Source of the DNA: an uncultured Eubacteriales bacterium
GTDB lineage: Bacteria; Bacillota; Clostridia; Oscillospirales; Acutalibacteraceae
Direction: 5' to 3'
Assembly (NCBI GenBank): GCA_900322145.1
Contig: ONYQ01000001.1
Coordinates: 1-52,903, forward strand
DNA: 52,903 nucleotides
The position numbers were made by a program, and so were the translations under genes. Under the pieces are notes generated by a model. It was not told where the DNA came from and searched no databases. It worked only from the letters and a program-made list of their open reading frames with translations. Shown here piece by piece: positions 8,244-17,778 of this stretch (positions within the stretch are counted from its first letter, which is position 1; each line of letters begins with the position of its first letter).

Positions 8244-8678
8244 ATGAATAATCAGAATCCTTATCAGCCGCAAGCCGGTCAGCAACCCGCACAGCAGCCT
8301 GTGCAGCAGATGCCGTATCAGCCCTATATGCAGCCGCCGAAGCCGAAATTCTTCGACAGAGAAATGATTTCGATTATTGGTTGTGCCTGCAGTGCCATCG
8401 GCCTTTGTCTGGCGATGGTATCCGCCGTTGTCGGCGGTAATGCTACCTATATTTACGGTTTGATTATGGTGATCGTTTCACTGGTATTTTCTGCCGGCGG
8501 TTTTGTGATGTCGCTGGTGATCGGAAACAAAAATGTCAAGGAAGGCAAGCCCCGTGGTACTTTTGCCTCATGGGGTGTGGTACTGGGTTTGACCGGTATC
8601 GTCCTGTTTGTTTTCCTGATCTTCTTCTCCAGCTGTATGACCTGTTACTTTAATAAGCGTGGCGGTATTCAGTGGTAA
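8244..8678 (+). CDS. Membrane protein with a Gln/Pro-rich N-terminal tail, unknown function
   Basis: MNNQNPYQPQAGQQPAQQPVQQMPYQPYMQPP followed by 3-4 TM helices. SD AAAGGAA lies 8 nt upstream of the ATG at 8244. Same architecture as 7668-8132. Confidence 0.55.
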   Translation: MNNQNPYQPQAGQQPAQQPVQQMPYQPYMQPPKPKFFDREMISIIGCACSAIGLCLAMVSAVVGGNATYIYGLIMVIVSLVFSAGGFVMSLVIGNKNVKEGKPRGTFASWGVVLGLTGIVLFVFLIFFSSCMTCYFNKRGGIQW

Positions 8679-8703
8679 GATCATAAAAACATCTGTTTTT
8701 CAA

Positions 8704-8733
8704 GGGAGTATCCGTGAGGATGCTCCTTTTTTT
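8704..8733 (+). terminator. Rho-independent terminator
   Basis: GGGAGTATCC-gtga-GGATGCTCC followed by T7. Confidence 0.75.
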
Positions 8734-8851
8734 CGGGCATTTTGACAAAAATCCGGTTGGCTGATAAAAAATGTATGGACTTTTTGAAATCTTTGTTGTA
8801 TAATGACAAATGTATGCAATAATCTTATACTTGAAGGGATTGACTGTTTTT

Positions 8852-9967
8852 ATGAAAAATATATTCAAATGTGCCGCAGCGGTTACAATGGCGGCAGCGT
8901 TGGCGTGTTCTGCCGGCTGTACCGGTGACACAAAATGGAGTTTCAAAACCGATCATTTGTCATTGACCAGCGGTATGTGGATCAGCTATACCTTTGATGG
9001 TGTGAATAATGCCCTGCAGAAGGTCAAGGAAACCGATGAAAATGCCACCCTTGAAACCATGGACTTCAATAAGCAGGAAATTGACGGTCAGCTGGCAAAA
9101 GACTGGGCTTATGCTGATGCGAAGAAACAGGTTATCCGTTATCTGACATTGGATAAGTTAGCGGCCGATCTGGGCGCTGAGGTATCGGAGGAAACCTTCA
9201 ATTCCAGCAAATACTATTATTCCTACTTCTACAAGAACTATTATTCCGAGATGTATGAAAAACTGGGTGTATCGGAGGACAGCTATTGCAAGGCTTACCT
9301 GATGCCGCAGCTGCTGTCGGATGAAGTCTTTAAAAAGCTCTATGACAAGGGCGGCACACAAGAGGTATCGGATAAAGAGGTAGAAACTTATTTTGTGGAT
9401 AACTATGTATCCTACTACTATGTAAGCTGTGACCTGACCACAACGGATGCCGACAGCGGAGAATCCAAGGAAGTGGATGCGGCTACGAAAGAAAAGTACA
9501 GCACCAATTTCAGAAAGTATGCTGCCATGCTGAATAATGACGGCAAGACAGCAAAGGATGTGGCCGAACAGTATAAGGTTGATTTCTCTGTGGAAACGGT
9601 TCCGGAAACCACCGAAACCAAGCACAAGGATGATATGTCGACAGATGACCTGAATAAGGCTATTCTGGAGGCTGAGGAAGGCAAGGCTGTGACAAAGGAG
9701 ATCGGCACCAAGCTGTATATGATCTATCGTTACAAGATTCAGGATAAAGCAGCGAAAATCAAGGCGGCTTCGGATGAAACTTCTGATGATGAAACGGAGA
9801 TTATTTCCCGTGAGGATATCGTGAAGAAGATGAAGTCGGATGACTTTGAAAAATATGTATCCGATGCAGAAGATAAATTGGATTATACCCGTAACGATGC
9901 CTGCGTTCATAAATATGACGTTCTGAGAACCGTCAATATCCTCGTTGACCTCTCCAAACAGCAATAA
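8852..9967 (+). CDS. Lipoprotein, possibly a SurA/PrsA N-domain-like chaperone without a PPIase domain
   Basis: Lipoprotein signal MKNIFKCAAAVTMAAALACSAGC (lipobox SAGC). Acidic Lys/Glu-rich helical sequence with VSDKEVETYFVDNY-type segments. The functional call is weak. Confidence 0.4.
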   Translation: MKNIFKCAAAVTMAAALACSAGCTGDTKWSFKTDHLSLTSGMWISYTFDGVNNALQKVKETDENATLETMDFNKQEIDGQLAKDWAYADAKKQVIRYLTLDKLAADLGAEVSEETFNSSKYYYSYFYKNYYSEMYEKLGVSEDSYCKAYLMPQLLSDEVFKKLYDKGGTQEVSDKEVETYFVDNYVSYYYVSCDLTTTDADSGESKEVDAATKEKYSTNFRKYAAMLNNDGKTAKDVAEQYKVDFSVETVPETTETKHKDDMSTDDLNKAILEAEEGKAVTKEIGTKLYMIYRYKIQDKAAKIKAASDETSDDETEIISREDIVKKMKSDDFEKYVSDAEDKLDYTRNDACVHKYDVLRTVNILVDLSKQQ

Positions 9968-9980
9968 TACCGTAACACAA

Positions 9981-10019
9981 CAGACCGCATAACCAAGTTG
10001 GCTATGCGGTCTGCTTTTA
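9981..10019 (+). terminator. Rho-independent terminator
   Basis: CAGACCGCATA / TATGCGGTCTG stem followed by CTTTTAT. Confidence 0.75.
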
Positions 10020-10087
10020 TGGTGTGAAGTTGTGCCATGCACCACCATTTTCAGATATCTGCATGAGTATAAAACACAAGTTTTTTA

Positions 10088-10192
10088 GGAAGGGGGTATG
10101 GGGGATAACCCTTTTTTTCAAAAAAGGGTTTCCCCCAGCGGGGTCAAGGGGCAGAGCCCCTTGTGGGGTTTGGGACAATGCCCCAACATCAA
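10088..10192. repeat. GC-rich intergenic repeat, family R1 (inverted copy at 50139-50232)
   Basis: TTTTTCAAAAAAGGGTTTCCCCCAGCGGGGTCAAGGGGCAGAGCCCCTTGTGGGGTTTGGGACAATGCCCCAACAT aligns by eye with the reverse complement of 50139-50232. It abuts the aguB stop codon. Confidence 0.7.
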
Positions 10193-11049
10193 TAAAGGTC
10201 GGGGCGGCGGTCACGGAAAAGTCCCCAGCTCATGCGGAGATCATAGGCGGCGGAAAGGTCAAGCTCAGCAAGGATGAAGGTTTCGGAGGTTCTGTCGGCG
10301 GATACAAGAATTTCGCCGGTTTCATCGGTGATGAAGGACGAACCGTAGAAACAGAGAGAAGATTTCTGGAAGTTGTTTTCCTCACAGGGAATGACGGATT
10401 CTGTACCGACACGATTGGCGGCTATTACCGGCAGAATGTTGCAGGCGGCGTGCCCCTGCATACAGCGCCGCCAGTGCGGCATACTGTCAACGTCTAAAAT
10501 CGGTTCGGAACCGATAGCGGTCGGATACAGGAGCATATCGGCACCCTGTAAGGCCATCGCACGGGCGGCTTCCGGAAACCACTGATCCCAGCAGATACCC
10601 ACACCGATATTACCGAAACGGGTCGGCCATACCTTGAAACCGGTATCGCCGGGCGTGAAATAGAATTTTTCCTGATAGAACTGGTCATCGGGAATATGCG
10701 CCTTGCGATAGACACCCATAACGGTACCGTCTGCGTCGATCATGGCAATGGAATTATAGGTGTTATTTTTATCACGCTCAAAGAAGCTGACCGGAATGAC
10801 GACCCCCAGACTTTTGGCTACATCTGAAAAACGGCGTACCGCTTTATTTTCCTGTACGGTAGTGGCTAATTTATAATAGCCGTAGTTTTTTTCCTGACAG
10901 AAATATTTTGTTTCAAACAGTTCCGGCAGAAGAATGACATTAGCGCCGTTGGCGGCGGCCTGTCGGACGAGATTTTCCGCCGTAAAGATATTATCCTCCG
11001 GATTACAGCGCATCGCCATCTGAATGGCGGCAACGGTTACTTTTTTCAT
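10189..11049 (-). CDS. aguB: N-carbamoylputrescine amidase (carbon-nitrogen hydrolase family)
   Basis: 286 aa with the CN-hydrolase Cys motif ICWDQWFPE and ILLPELF. It lies 19 nt downstream of aguA on the same strand. Confidence 0.85.
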   Translation of the reverse strand: MKKVTVAAIQMAMRCNPEDNIFTAENLVRQAAANGANVILLPELFETKYFCQEKNYGYYKLATTVQENKAVRRFSDVAKSLGVVIPVSFFERDKNNTYNSIAMIDADGTVMGVYRKAHIPDDQFYQEKFYFTPGDTGFKVWPTRFGNIGVGICWDQWFPEAARAMALQGADMLLYPTAIGSEPILDVDSMPHWRRCMQGHAACNILPVIAANRVGTESVIPCEENNFQKSSLCFYGSSFITDETGEILVSADRTSETFILAELDLSAAYDLRMSWGLFRDRRPDLY

Positions 11050-11068
11050 GGGTATGACCTCCTTGTTG

Positions 11069-12166
11069 TTATGATTCCGCAGAGGGAATCTGCTGTGTGA
11101 TACAATGAATATTGCCGCCGCCGATCAGGATATCACGGGCATAAATGCCGACAACCTGACGGGTCGGGAAGAGCGTTTGCAGGATATCGAGTGCTTTTGA
11201 GTCGTTGTCATCGCCGAACTGCGGTACCACAACGTGCTGATTGGCAATATAAAAATTGACATAGGATGCGGCTAACCGTTCACCGGGGGTACGGGTCGGT
11301 TCACCGTTCATATCGTCCAGCCCGTCACATTCTTCGGCGGTGATGGTAACGGGTTTGGGCAGGGGTAATAAATGCACTTTAATGCGGCGGCCTTTGGCAT
11401 CGGTTACGCTGTTCAGATAGTCCAGACATTGCTTCGACATAGCATATTGGGGGTCGTCGATATCGTCTGTCCATGCCAGTACGACTTCGCCCGGTGCGGT
11501 AAAGGCGCAGATGTTATCAACGTGTTCATTCGTTTCATCGTGATAAATACCGCAAGGCAGCCAGAGAACTTTTTCAGCACCAAGACAGCTTTTCAGTTCG
11601 GCTTCAATTTCCTCTTTCGTCATGGAAGGGTTGCGCCCTTCACTGAGCAGACAGGCTTCTGTTGTCAGAATGGTGCCTTCACCGTCCGAGTGAATCGAAC
11701 CGCCCTCTAAAATGAAATCCCTTTTGTCATAGGTATCGACGTTGAGCAGGTCGCAGAGTTTCCGTGCCATTTTATTATCTTTGTCCCACGGAAAATATAA
11801 TCCGTCTGTCAGACCGCCCCAGGCATTGAAGCCCCAGTCGATCCCCCGTATGGTGTGGCCGTTTGTAACAAAGGTCGGTGCCACATCTCTTGCCCAGGAA
11901 TCGTCCGATTCCATTTCCACGACACGCACCCACGGCGGCAGCAGAAAACGAGCGGCATCATAGTCATCATAGCGGGCGCAGACAAGTACCTTTTCGCTTT
12001 TGGCGATCTGTTCAATCACCTGTGCAAAAGCCTTGCGGGCAGCGTAAGCGCCGTTCTGCCAGGAATCACGCCGGTGCGGAAAAATCAGGATACAGCCTTC
12101 ATGGGGAGCAAATTCGGCAGGCATATAAAAGCCGTCCTCCTGTGGGATTGAATGCAGTATGTTCAT
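11069..12166 (-). CDS. aguA: Agmatine deiminase
   Basis: Starts at MNILHSIPQEDGFYMPAEFAPHEG and carries the C-terminal catalytic motif GGGNIHCITQQ. The ORF-track N-terminal extension to 12460 is Phe/Ile-rich junk that crosses the divergent promoter region. Confidence 0.85.
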   Translation of the reverse strand: MNILHSIPQEDGFYMPAEFAPHEGCILIFPHRRDSWQNGAYAARKAFAQVIEQIAKSEKVLVCARYDDYDAARFLLPPWVRVVEMESDDSWARDVAPTFVTNGHTIRGIDWGFNAWGGLTDGLYFPWDKDNKMARKLCDLLNVDTYDKRDFILEGGSIHSDGEGTILTTEACLLSEGRNPSMTKEEIEAELKSCLGAEKVLWLPCGIYHDETNEHVDNICAFTAPGEVVLAWTDDIDDPQYAMSKQCLDYLNSVTDAKGRRIKVHLLPLPKPVTITAEECDGLDDMNGEPTRTPGERLAASYVNFYIANQHVVVPQFGDDNDSKALDILQTLFPTRQVVGIYARDILIGGGNIHCITQQIPSAES

Positions 12167-12329
12167 ACCAGTTTCTTCCTCCTTTTTGTTAGCATTATAC
12201 CATAATTTCAGCGTATTTTCTACAGGAAAAAAGCAGGAAAGGTCTTGAAAAACCATAAAAATTCTGTATAATAAAAAATGCTGAAGGATGATGCTGAATA
12301 AGTTCTGGAATTTTACAGGAGTGACAGGA

Positions 12330-12587
12330 ATGAAGTATTTTGATAATACGGAAAACAATCCGGATGAGTTTGAACTTGAGCGCCTGAACGAAGAAATGAA
12401 TATTATCTTTGGCAATATTTTTGGTGCTACCACTATGGTGGAAACACATCTGGAAAACAATTTCCCGCATTACAGCGAATTGTACCCGTTTTCGCAGCCT
12501 ACGGATAATCAAGGCGCTGTGAAAGAAGTTAATGAACTGGCAAAGCTGTATGTACCGCAGACCAACAATAAAAAAATACCGCAGTAA
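12330..12587 (+). CDS. Small acidic hypothetical protein (85 aa)
   Basis: ATG at 12330 is preceded by AGGAG and followed by a terminator at 12602. The antisense ORF 12195-12596 has junk-like composition. Confidence 0.45.
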   Translation: MKYFDNTENNPDEFELERLNEEMNIIFGNIFGATTMVETHLENNFPHYSELYPFSQPTDNQGAVKEVNELAKLYVPQTNNKKIPQ

Positions 12588-12601
12588 ACTTTGCACACAG
12601 G

Positions 12602-12658
12602 GGGCTGTGAAGAAACGATGAAACGCTCATCTATTCTTCACAGCCCTTCAAAATTTTA
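12602..12658 (+). terminator. Rho-independent terminator
   Basis: GGGCTGTGAAGAA / TTCTTCACAGCCC 13-bp stem followed by a T-rich tail. Confidence 0.7.
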
Positions 12659-12856
12659 AAAAACTTTTCCCCAAAAGCCGAAAAAGGGTATAATACCCCT
12701 TAACCCATAGAAATCGTTTTGAGCAAATCTGAAAATGGCACAAAAACTTGTCATTCCGAACGCAGGGAGGAATCTTTTTAACGTGAGTGCGATGAAAAAA
12801 ATTTCAGGCAGATAACACCTTCCTCTTTGAGGGAGGTGTGTATATTGTATTGTGCA

Positions 12857-12885
12857 TTGCAAATTGTTCCGGATGGGGGTATAAT
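12857..12885 (+). promoter_or_regulatory. Sigma-A type promoter for the fumarase operon
   Basis: TTGCAA (12857-12862), 17 nt, TATAAT (12880-12885). The -35 lies inside a degenerate family-1 heptamer array. Confidence 0.55.
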
Positions 12886-12922
12886 GAAAGGGCAGGCTTT
12901 TGAAAAGGAAGGAGATTATTCT

Positions 12923-13774
12923 ATGAATGTCAGAACCATCAAGGCCGCCGATATTACACAGGCGGTCAAGGCAGTATTTATGGATTTGAATTATCACATC
13001 GGCAGCGATATTTTAAACGCCCTGCAAACGGCACAGCAGCAGGAAACCTCTCCGATTGCACAGAATGTATTGGCGCAGCTGTTGGAGAATCACCGCATTG
13101 CTTCTGAGGAAGAAGTGCCGATCTGTCAGGATACAGGTATGGCGGTGCTGTTTGTCGAGTACGGCGAACAGGTTGTTATCGGTGATGGTCATTTTGAGGA
13201 GGCTATACAAGAGGGTGTCCGTCAGGCGTATCAGGAAGGCTATCTGCGTAAATCGGTAGTCGATGATCCGGTTTTTGACCGTGTGAATACGAAGGATAAC
13301 ACGCCGGCGCTGATTTATACGGATATTGTCCCCGGCGATAAGATACGCATTTTAGCCGGCTGTAAGGGCTTTGGCAGTGAGAATATGTCTGCTATTAAAA
13401 TGCTTACACCGTCAGCCGGTCTGGAAGGCGTGAAGCAGTTTATTATGGATACGGTGCGTTATGCGGGGCCGAATCCGTGTCCGCCGATTGTGGTAGGCGT
13501 TGGTATCGGCGGAACCTTTGAAAAGGCTGCGATGATGGCTAAAAAGGCAACTTTGCGCCCGATCAATACACGTCATGCCGATGAACGGTATGCGGCCTTG
13601 GAGGACGAACTGCTGACGATGATTAACGCTACCGGTTATGGCCCTGCCGGATTGGGAGGACAGACAACGGCACTGGGTGTCAATATCGAAACCGCTCCGA
13701 CACATATTGCCGGTATGCCTGTAGCAGTGAATATCTGCTGTCATGCGGCCAGACATAAGACGATAGAGATTTGA
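12923..13774 (+). CDS. Fe-S hydro-lyase alpha subunit (class I fumarate hydratase / tartrate dehydratase type)
   Basis: 283 aa from the ATG at 12923 (SD GGAGA). Motif [14 protein letters not shown] beta-subunit gene follows 13 nt downstream. Confidence 0.85.
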   Translation: MNVRTIKAADITQAVKAVFMDLNYHIGSDILNALQTAQQQETSPIAQNVLAQLLENHRIASEEEVPICQDTGMAVLFVEYGEQVVIGDGHFEEAIQEGVRQAYQEGYLRKSVVDDPVFDRVNTKDNTPALIYTDIVPGDKIRILAGCKGFGSENMSAIKMLTPSAGLEGVKQFIMDTVRYAGPNPCPPIVVGVGIGGTFEKAAMMAKKATLRPINTRHADERYAALEDELLTMINATGYGPAGLGGQTTALGVNIETAPTHIAGMPVAVNICCHAARHKTIEI

Positions 13775-13786
13775 GGAGGTGTCATT

Positions 13787-14311
13787 ATGAAAAAAATCAC
13801 ATTACCGTTGACGGATGATGTTATCAAAGACCTTCATGCCGGTGACAGCGTTCTGCTGACCGGTACGGTCATTACCGGCCGTGATGCTGCCCATAAACGT
13901 CTGTATGAACTGCTGCAAAAGGGCGAACCTTTGCCGGTGAATATCGAGGGCGAGGTGATTTATTATGTCGGTCCTGCTCCGGCGAAACCCGGTCATGCGG
14001 TAGGACCGGCCGGCCCTACGTCCAGTTATCGCATGGATAAATATACGCCCGCACTGCTTGACAGAGGTTTGAAGGGCATGATCGGCAAGGGTGCCAGAAA
14101 TGAAGCGGTCATTGAATCTATGAAAAAGAACGGCGTTGTTTATTTTGCCGCCATCGGCGGTGCGGCGGCGCTGATTTCCCGCAGCATCAAGAAATCCGAA
14201 TTGCTTGCCTATGAAGATTTAGGCACCGAGGCCATTTACCGTTTTACGGTGGAAGATTTTCCTGCCATTGTCGTGATTGATTCCTATGGCAATAGTGTCC
14301 TCGTTAAATAA
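13787..14311 (+). CDS. Fe-S hydro-lyase beta subunit (class I fumarate hydratase type)
   Basis: 174 aa with motifs TGRDAAHKRL and GKG..N. SD GGAGG. Confidence 0.85.
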   Translation: MKKITLPLTDDVIKDLHAGDSVLLTGTVITGRDAAHKRLYELLQKGEPLPVNIEGEVIYYVGPAPAKPGHAVGPAGPTSSYRMDKYTPALLDRGLKGMIGKGARNEAVIESMKKNGVVYFAAIGGAAALISRSIKKSELLAYEDLGTEAIYRFTVEDFPAIVVIDSYGNSVLVK

Positions 14312-14344
14312 CGGTTATCTTTCGTTTGTGTGGCTGACATAAAA

Positions 14345-14386
14345 TAAACCCCGCCGATTCGTATAAAACCGGCGGGGTTTGATTTG
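14345..14386. terminator. Bidirectional terminator between the fumarase operon (+) and prs (-)
   Basis: ACCCCGCCG / CGGCGGGGT stem flanked by an A-run and a T-run. Confidence 0.8.
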
Positions 14387-14393
14387 TGTATCA

Positions 14394-15353
14394 TTACAGA
14401 CTGATAGAAGAAACAGGCTTATCCTCATAAATACGCTCGATAGCCTCAGCAAAAACAGGGGCAACGGGCAGTGTGGTGAACTTATCAAGATATCTTTCCT
14501 GGGGAATATTGATCGTATCCAGCAGGATAACCTCTTTGATGACGCTGTTTTTCAGGCGTTCAATAGCGGGACCGGACAGTACGGCATGAGTAGCGCCGGC
14601 ATAAACCTCGGTAGCGCCGCCTTTTTCAACAACGGCCTGTGCAGCATTGCACAGTGTACCGGCGGTGTCGATCATATCATCCACGAGAATGACTTTCTTT
14701 CCCTTTACCTCGCCGATAATGTTCATGACTTCGGAAACATTCGGCTTCGGACGGCGTTTGTCGATAATGGCAATCGGGCAGCCCAGACGGGTGGCAAAGT
14801 TTCTGGCTCTTGTAACGGAACCGAGATCAGGAGAAACTACCACATAATCATCGGGGTTTTCGCCGATTTTTTTCTTGAAATAGCTGGCAAGGATAGGCGC
14901 ACCGACCAGATGATCTACGGGGATATTAAAGAAGCCCTGAATTTGTGCCGCATGAAGATCCATCGTCAGTACACGGTCAGCACCGGCGGTTGTGATGAGA
15001 TCAGCGACCAGCTTGGCAGAAATCGGGTCTCTGGCTTTGGCTTTTCTGTCCTGACGGGCATAGCCGAGATAAGGAATAACGGCTGTGATGCTGGCGGCAG
15101 AAGCACGCTTCATAGCATCAATCATAATCAGCAGTTCCATAAGGTTGTCATTGACAGGAGCGCAGGTGGACTGTACGATAAAGCATTCTGATCCTCTGAC
15201 GGATTCATGGAGCGATACGGAAATTTCACCATCGCTGAAGCTGGTGACCTCCGATTTGCCTACGGGAATTCCCAGACAAGCAGCAATCTGCTGCGCTACC
15301 GGTCTGTTGGAATTACAGGTAAAGATTTTGATATCCTTGCCGTGAAAGTTCAT
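14394..15353 (-). CDS. prs: Ribose-phosphate pyrophosphokinase
   Basis: 319 aa with the PRPP-binding loop [24 protein letters not shown]. Confidence 0.92.
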   Translation of the reverse strand: MNFHGKDIKIFTCNSNRPVAQQIAACLGIPVGKSEVTSFSDGEISVSLHESVRGSECFIVQSTCAPVNDNLMELLIMIDAMKRASAASITAVIPYLGYARQDRKAKARDPISAKLVADLITTAGADRVLTMDLHAAQIQGFFNIPVDHLVGAPILASYFKKKIGENPDDYVVVSPDLGSVTRARNFATRLGCPIAIIDKRRPKPNVSEVMNIIGEVKGKKVILVDDMIDTAGTLCNAAQAVVEKGGATEVYAGATHAVLSGPAIERLKNSVIKEVILLDTINIPQERYLDKFTTLPVAPVFAEAIERIYEDKPVSSISL

Positions 15354-15648
15354 TTCATTCGTCTCTCCTTTTGTGTTTTGCCGATGTTACGGCTGTTGGT
15401 GGTTGCACCGATGGACTTTCTGAATTCATTTCTATTCTAATACTATTTTGTCGAAAAATCAAGGTGCTAACGCCGAAACGACCCCTGAAATAAAATAATT
15501 GTCCCTTTTGCGAAAAAAAAAACTTTATTTCTCAAAATATAATGCAGTTTATACAATGTGCGGACGGTTTTGCCGGCCATCGCAGACGGCATATAAGGGT
15601 ATTACCGGACGGATATTTTTACCTGACAGGCAAAACGTACAAAAATCC

Positions 15649-15677
15649 TTGACAAAATGAGAGATATCGAATATAAT
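15649..15677 (+). promoter_or_regulatory. Sigma-A type promoter of the T-box-leuA unit
   Basis: TTGACA (15649-15654), 17 nt, TATAAT (15672-15677). Confidence 0.65.
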
Positions 15678-15699
15678 ATATTGTAATATAGAAATATAG

Positions 15700-15959
15700 A
15701 AATAAAAGCGATGATGGAAATAAGATACAGCCGTTTGTGCAAAGAGAACCGCCGGTTGGTGTAAGGCGGTGACAATAGCTGTATGGATAGCTCATTCCGG
15801 AGCTTTCTGTCCGAAGAGGATTAAGGCAGAACGGGTGGTTCCGTTACGAACCGGAGCCTTGTCAGAGGCTTACTGAGGGATACTGCTGTATCCGAAATTG
15901 GGTGGTACCACGAGCGAAATGCCCGTCCCATGTCATTTGATTGACGGGGCGGTTTTTTT
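15700..15959 (+). promoter_or_regulatory. T-box riboswitch leader, probable Leu specifier (CUC)
   Basis: AG bulge AGAGA (15743-15747), distal loop GGTTGGTGTAAG, F-box-like CCGTTA (15841-15846) and T-box sequence AAATTGGGTGGTACCACGAG (15895-15914). Terminator GCCCGTC...GACGGGGC plus T7 (15921-15959). Candidate specifier CTC followed by A at 15791-15794. Confidence 0.85.
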
Positions 15960-16001
15960 ATTGCTCAAAAATATTTTTATCCTACAACGGAGGTATTGAA
16001 C

Positions 16002-17690
16002 ATGGAACAAGGATTCAAGAAATATGTTCCCTTTCAGCAAATCAAGATGGAAAACAGAGAATGGCCCGACAAGACCATTACCAAAGCGCCGATATGGTGT
16101 TCGGTTGATCTGCGTGACGGCAATCAGGCATTGGTTGACCCGATGAACTTACAGCAGAAGCTGGAATTCTTCCATGCGCTGTGCGATATGGGATTCAAGG
16201 AAATTGAAATCGGTTTTCCGTCAGCATCCGAAACAGAATATGAAATCTGCCGTGAACTCATTGACGGACATCATATTCCTGATGACGTGACCATTCAGGT
16301 ATTGGTACAGGCGAGAGAACACCTCATCCGCAAAACCTTTGAAGCGGTCAAAGGCGCTAAAAATGTTATCGTCCATTTCTACAATTCCACTTCCACGCTT
16401 CAGCGTAAGGTCGTGTTCCATAAGGATATGGACGGTATTATTGATATTGCCGTTGAAGGCGCTAAACTCATCAAGGAACTGATTGACAGCTATGAAGGGG
16501 ATACGAATTTCCGTATTGAGTATTCCCCCGAAAGCTTTTCCGGTACAGAAGTGGATAATTCCGTTCGTATCTGTCAGGCTGTCATGGACGTATTCCAGCC
16601 GACTCCCGACAATCCGATTATTCTCAATCTGCCGAATACAGTGGAGATGTGTACGCCGAATACTTACGCCGACCAGATCGAATATTTCATCAAGCATCTT
16701 AAGAACCGTGAATCGGCGATCATCAGCCTGCATCCGCATAATGACAGAGGTACCGGTGTAGCCTGTGCCGAACTGGCACTCTTAGCCGGTGCTGACCGTA
16801 TTGAAGGCACTCTGTTCGGCAACGGTGAACGTACCGGCAACCTTGATATCGTTACCGTTGGTCTGAATATGTTTACACAGGGCGTTGATCCGCACCTCGA
16901 TTTCAGCAACCTGCCGAAGTACCGTGAAATCTATGAGCGCTGTACCAATATGAAGATCGGGGAACGTCAGCCGTATGTCGGTGATCTGGTGTTTACCGCT
17001 TTCTCCGGCTCTCATCAGGACGCTATCAATAAGGGCTTTGCCTATGTCAAGGAAACCGGCTCTGATAAGTGGGAGATTCCCTATCTGCCGATTGATCCTG
17101 CCGATGTCGGCCGTCAGTATGAGCCGATCATCCGTATCAATTCACAGTCCGGCAAGGGCGGTGCCGCCTTTATCATGCAGAATAACTTCGGTTATGAACT
17201 GCCCAAAGCGATGCACCCTGAATTCGGTGCGTTGGTAAAAGCGGAATGTGACAAGCTCGGCCGTGAATTGTCTCCGCAGGAATTGATGGATGTATTCCGC
17301 CGCAATTATCTGGAAATCGACCAGAAACTCTGGCTCGTGCGCCATATCATTACCAATGTTGACCACGAAAAAGCTACCTTCAAGGGTATTATCCATCTGG
17401 TAGAAATGGATAAGGATATAGAAATCTGCGGCGAAGGCAACGGCCCGATTGATGCGTTCTTCAAAGCGCTGAAAACCATTGGTGTCAAAGGCTTTGAGTT
17501 CGTCAACTACAGTGAACATTCCATTTCACAGGGTTCCGATTCCCGTGCTATCTGCTATATTGAATTAAAGGACCCCAATGGGGAACCTGTTTTTGGTGTC
17601 GGCATTTCTCACGGTATTTTCAAGGCCTCTGTGCGGGGCATTATCTGTGCGATTAACCGTTCCCATACACCGGTTCACTTTGAAATCTGA
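16002..17690 (+). CDS. leuA: 2-isopropylmalate synthase (long form, LeuA type 2)
   Basis: Motifs DLRDGNQ and HPHNDRGTG, plus a C-terminal LeuA dimerisation/regulatory domain. ATG at 16002 lies 8 nt after GGAGG; the ORF-track TTG at 15996 is less likely. Confidence 0.92.
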   Translation: MEQGFKKYVPFQQIKMENREWPDKTITKAPIWCSVDLRDGNQALVDPMNLQQKLEFFHALCDMGFKEIEIGFPSASETEYEICRELIDGHHIPDDVTIQVLVQAREHLIRKTFEAVKGAKNVIVHFYNSTSTLQRKVVFHKDMDGIIDIAVEGAKLIKELIDSYEGDTNFRIEYSPESFSGTEVDNSVRICQAVMDVFQPTPDNPIILNLPNTVEMCTPNTYADQIEYFIKHLKNRESAIISLHPHNDRGTGVACAELALLAGADRIEGTLFGNGERTGNLDIVTVGLNMFTQGVDPHLDFSNLPKYREIYERCTNMKIGERQPYVGDLVFTAFSGSHQDAINKGFAYVKETGSDKWEIPYLPIDPADVGRQYEPIIRINSQSGKGGAAFIMQNNFGYELPKAMHPEFGALVKAECDKLGRELSPQELMDVFRRNYLEIDQKLWLVRHIITNVDHEKATFKGIIHLVEMDKDIEICGEGNGPIDAFFKALKTIGVKGFEFVNYSEHSISQGSDSRAICYIELKDPNGEPVFGVGISHGIFKASVRGIICAINRSHTPVHFEI

Positions 17691-17714
17691 TATACCCATC
17701 CGCTATATACTGAA

Positions 17715-17757
17715 ACATCCCGCCGATTCCATGAAGAATCGACGGGATGTTTTTATT
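17715..17757 (+). terminator. Rho-independent terminator of leuA
   Basis: ACATCCCGCCGATTC / GAATCGACGGGATGT stem followed by TTTTTATTT. Confidence 0.8.
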
Positions 17758-17778
17758 TGCCCTATTTCATAACGGCGC

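Noticed and set aside
9158-10048. 296-aa minus-strand ORF
   Set aside because: It is antisense to the lipoprotein gene 8852-9967, has no SD, and has an Ile/Phe/Leu/Arg-rich composition typical of antisense frames.
10024-10497. 157-aa plus-strand ORF
   Set aside because: Its first part is the GC-rich R1 repeat and the rest is antisense to aguB.
12167-12460. N-terminal 98-codon extension of the agmatine deiminase ORF
   Set aside because: Homology and a good context start at MNILHS (12166). The extension is hydrophobic junk that crosses the divergent promoter region.
14379-15191. 270-aa plus-strand ORF
   Set aside because: It is antisense to prs, which has unambiguous family motifs.
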